A stretch of 64,000 bases of DNA from Trichosphaerium sp. ATCC 40318 (lineage: Eukaryota > Protista > Tubulinea), in contig JALMLS010000093.1 in NCBI GenBank assembly GCA_038496445.1, positions 558,001 to 622,000 on the forward strand, in the 5' to 3' direction. This document shows positions 62,540 through 64,000 of the stretch, piece by piece; the first letter of the stretch is position 1, and each line of letters starts with the position of its first letter. Position numbers and translations under genes: made by a program. The notes beneath the pieces are model-generated. The model was given only the letters and a program-made list of their open reading frames with translations, made no database searches and was not told where the DNA came from.

Positions 62540-64000
62540 ATGGAGAAGGCGCCAGCTCCAACGGGTAGCAAGAAGAAGGGGTACGTTTAAAGCTTTAACG
62601 CCCATGTTTTTTTTCAAATTCTCGAAAAATTTTTGAATCCCGTTCTCTTGCCCGCTCCACTCTCGTAGAGATATGGGTCTGTATTACTCTATTGGTATCT
62701 CAGTTAAACAGACACGCGTAGTGTATATTTTTAACTTTGTATTACAGCGGGTTCAGACAGCTTGGTGGGCTCGCTCAGGATAAGTATCGCATGAATGTTA
62801 GAATTAAAAAGTAAGTGAGCGAAAGGAAGCATACTTCACTCCGATTTGATCTAATAGCAAACAAAATAGGACTTCTGCGCTTATTAAAACATGTTCTATA
62901 TACTTGAGCGGCGGATGGTTCGGGCTTTTGTGGGTACGGTCACGGTCTGTGTTTTTTATGATTTAGAACGTTGTTTTTACGCTCTATGTACTCTTCATTG
63001 GTGTCACTGTACCGGAACTCACAACGTTTGTATCTAGGAGATTATTATTGTTACTGCTAATCTTTTACATGCTGTTCTATTTGTTATCGATACATACCAT
63101 CCATTTAGTGAGTGTTTTGGTTTTTTTTTTTGTTTTTTTTTGTTTTTTTTTGGTTCTGTTTTTAACTTTATATTTTTTAAGCTGTCTGGGTTAGACCTTT
63201 TCAAGCTACATTCGCTGGGTTGTACATAGCAGATTATATCATTCATTTTACGACGGCTCCGGTGAAGTAAGTCTTGGTTTATTTTCTTTTAAAGCAGCTA
63301 GCTATTAAGAGTTCGTTTTAAGCAAAAAAAACCAGCGATTGTCATCTGTGTCATCAGCAATGTGTTACTTTTTTTTTTTTATCACGTGATCAATGTTCAT
63401 TTTTTTTCCACTCAAAACTCCGATACTACATGGTATCACGTGGTAATAAAGTCATAGAAACGTTACTTTCACAATTATTCTTGCTTTTCACTTTTTTTCT
63501 TAATCTCTAACTTCACACAGGACCGATTTTGTGTTCTTCGAGTTTCAGTCGTATGTGGATTATATTAGTATACCATTAATTATATACGATGTATTTGCGC
63601 CATCACGATTGAGTGTACGCCCTCACAGTGGATAAAAAAATCACCACGTGATTTCTTGTATTTCTCCTTAACACAAAATTGATATTAGGTGCCTGTAGCG
63701 TACTTTAGGGTGACTAGATTGTCGAGGTTTATGTATAAGGCAAAATACCTTCCAATTCTACGTATGTTCTTTATCTTTTCTTGTGAGAATAATACACTTA
63801 TCATGGAACTCAAGGTAATCTAAGCATAATCACTAATGCTTTGGCGTACCAGATTCTAAGATTAATATTGAAAGTCTTGCTGTTGGTGTGGATAATGGTA
63901 CTTAATTTTGTTGTGAAAGAAAAACCTTTTGTTGTCTTGATCTACAACACTACAAACAAGTGCTTTGTTGAAAAAGTGATTTATTTTGACGCCAAAAGCG
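62540..64000 (+). CDS. 5' part of a 6TM cation channel (Slo/BK-like voltage-sensor domain), truncated by the window edge
   Basis: S1 GLLWEIIIVTANLLHAVLFVIDTY; S2 FAGLYIADYIIHFTTA; S3 SYVDYI; S4-like YFRVTRLSRFMYK. The pore is not in the window. Confidence 0.65.

Noticed and set aside
1-64000. Alternative genetic code or widespread pseudogenisation, suggested by the fragmented ORFs
   Set aside because: The stops fall inside GT-AG introns. Spliced genes are intact in the standard code, and TAA, TAG and TGA are all used as terminators.
1-64000. tRNA, rRNA, snRNA, CRISPR array or intact transposase/reverse transcriptase
   Set aside because: No such motifs were recognised by eye. A covariance-model scan would be needed to exclude small ncRNAs.

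Overview
AT-rich, gene-dense, intron-rich eukaryotic nuclear DNA in the standard genetic code. Introns are mostly 35-150 nt, so the ORF track shows only exon fragments. I spliced about 30 genes by eye. The gene set (SRF-type MADS box, stand-alone HPt, HRDLATRN-type tyrosine kinase, filamin/CH proteins, GTACG-type donors) suggests an amoeboid protist, probably Amoebozoa; this is inference. Recognisable genes: LPMO-like copper enzyme, NhaC-family antiporter, carotenoid oxygenase, atypical Rho GTPase, Nu-class GST, CCCH-PUF protein, GT31 glycosyltransferase, RTEL1 helicase, SRF, HPt, the start of a 6TM channel, and at least six F-box-type proteins. The most striking item is one spliced reading frame (56996-61100) joining a degenerate Ras-like domain, a coiled coil, an intact tyrosine-kinase domain and a C-terminal copy of eIF5B domain IV. 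Other highlights: a GPI-anchor-type AA9-like LPMO; a secreted, intronless carotenoid oxygenase; complementary 45-nt elements in two introns flanking the first coding exons of the Rho gene; F-box/MORN-repeat paralogues of giant-virus style; an LRR protein with a FAM21-like LFa motif; and strong enrichment of CACGTG. I found no tRNA, rRNA, CRISPR array or intact transposon. All exon joins are manual and need RNA-seq confirmation.
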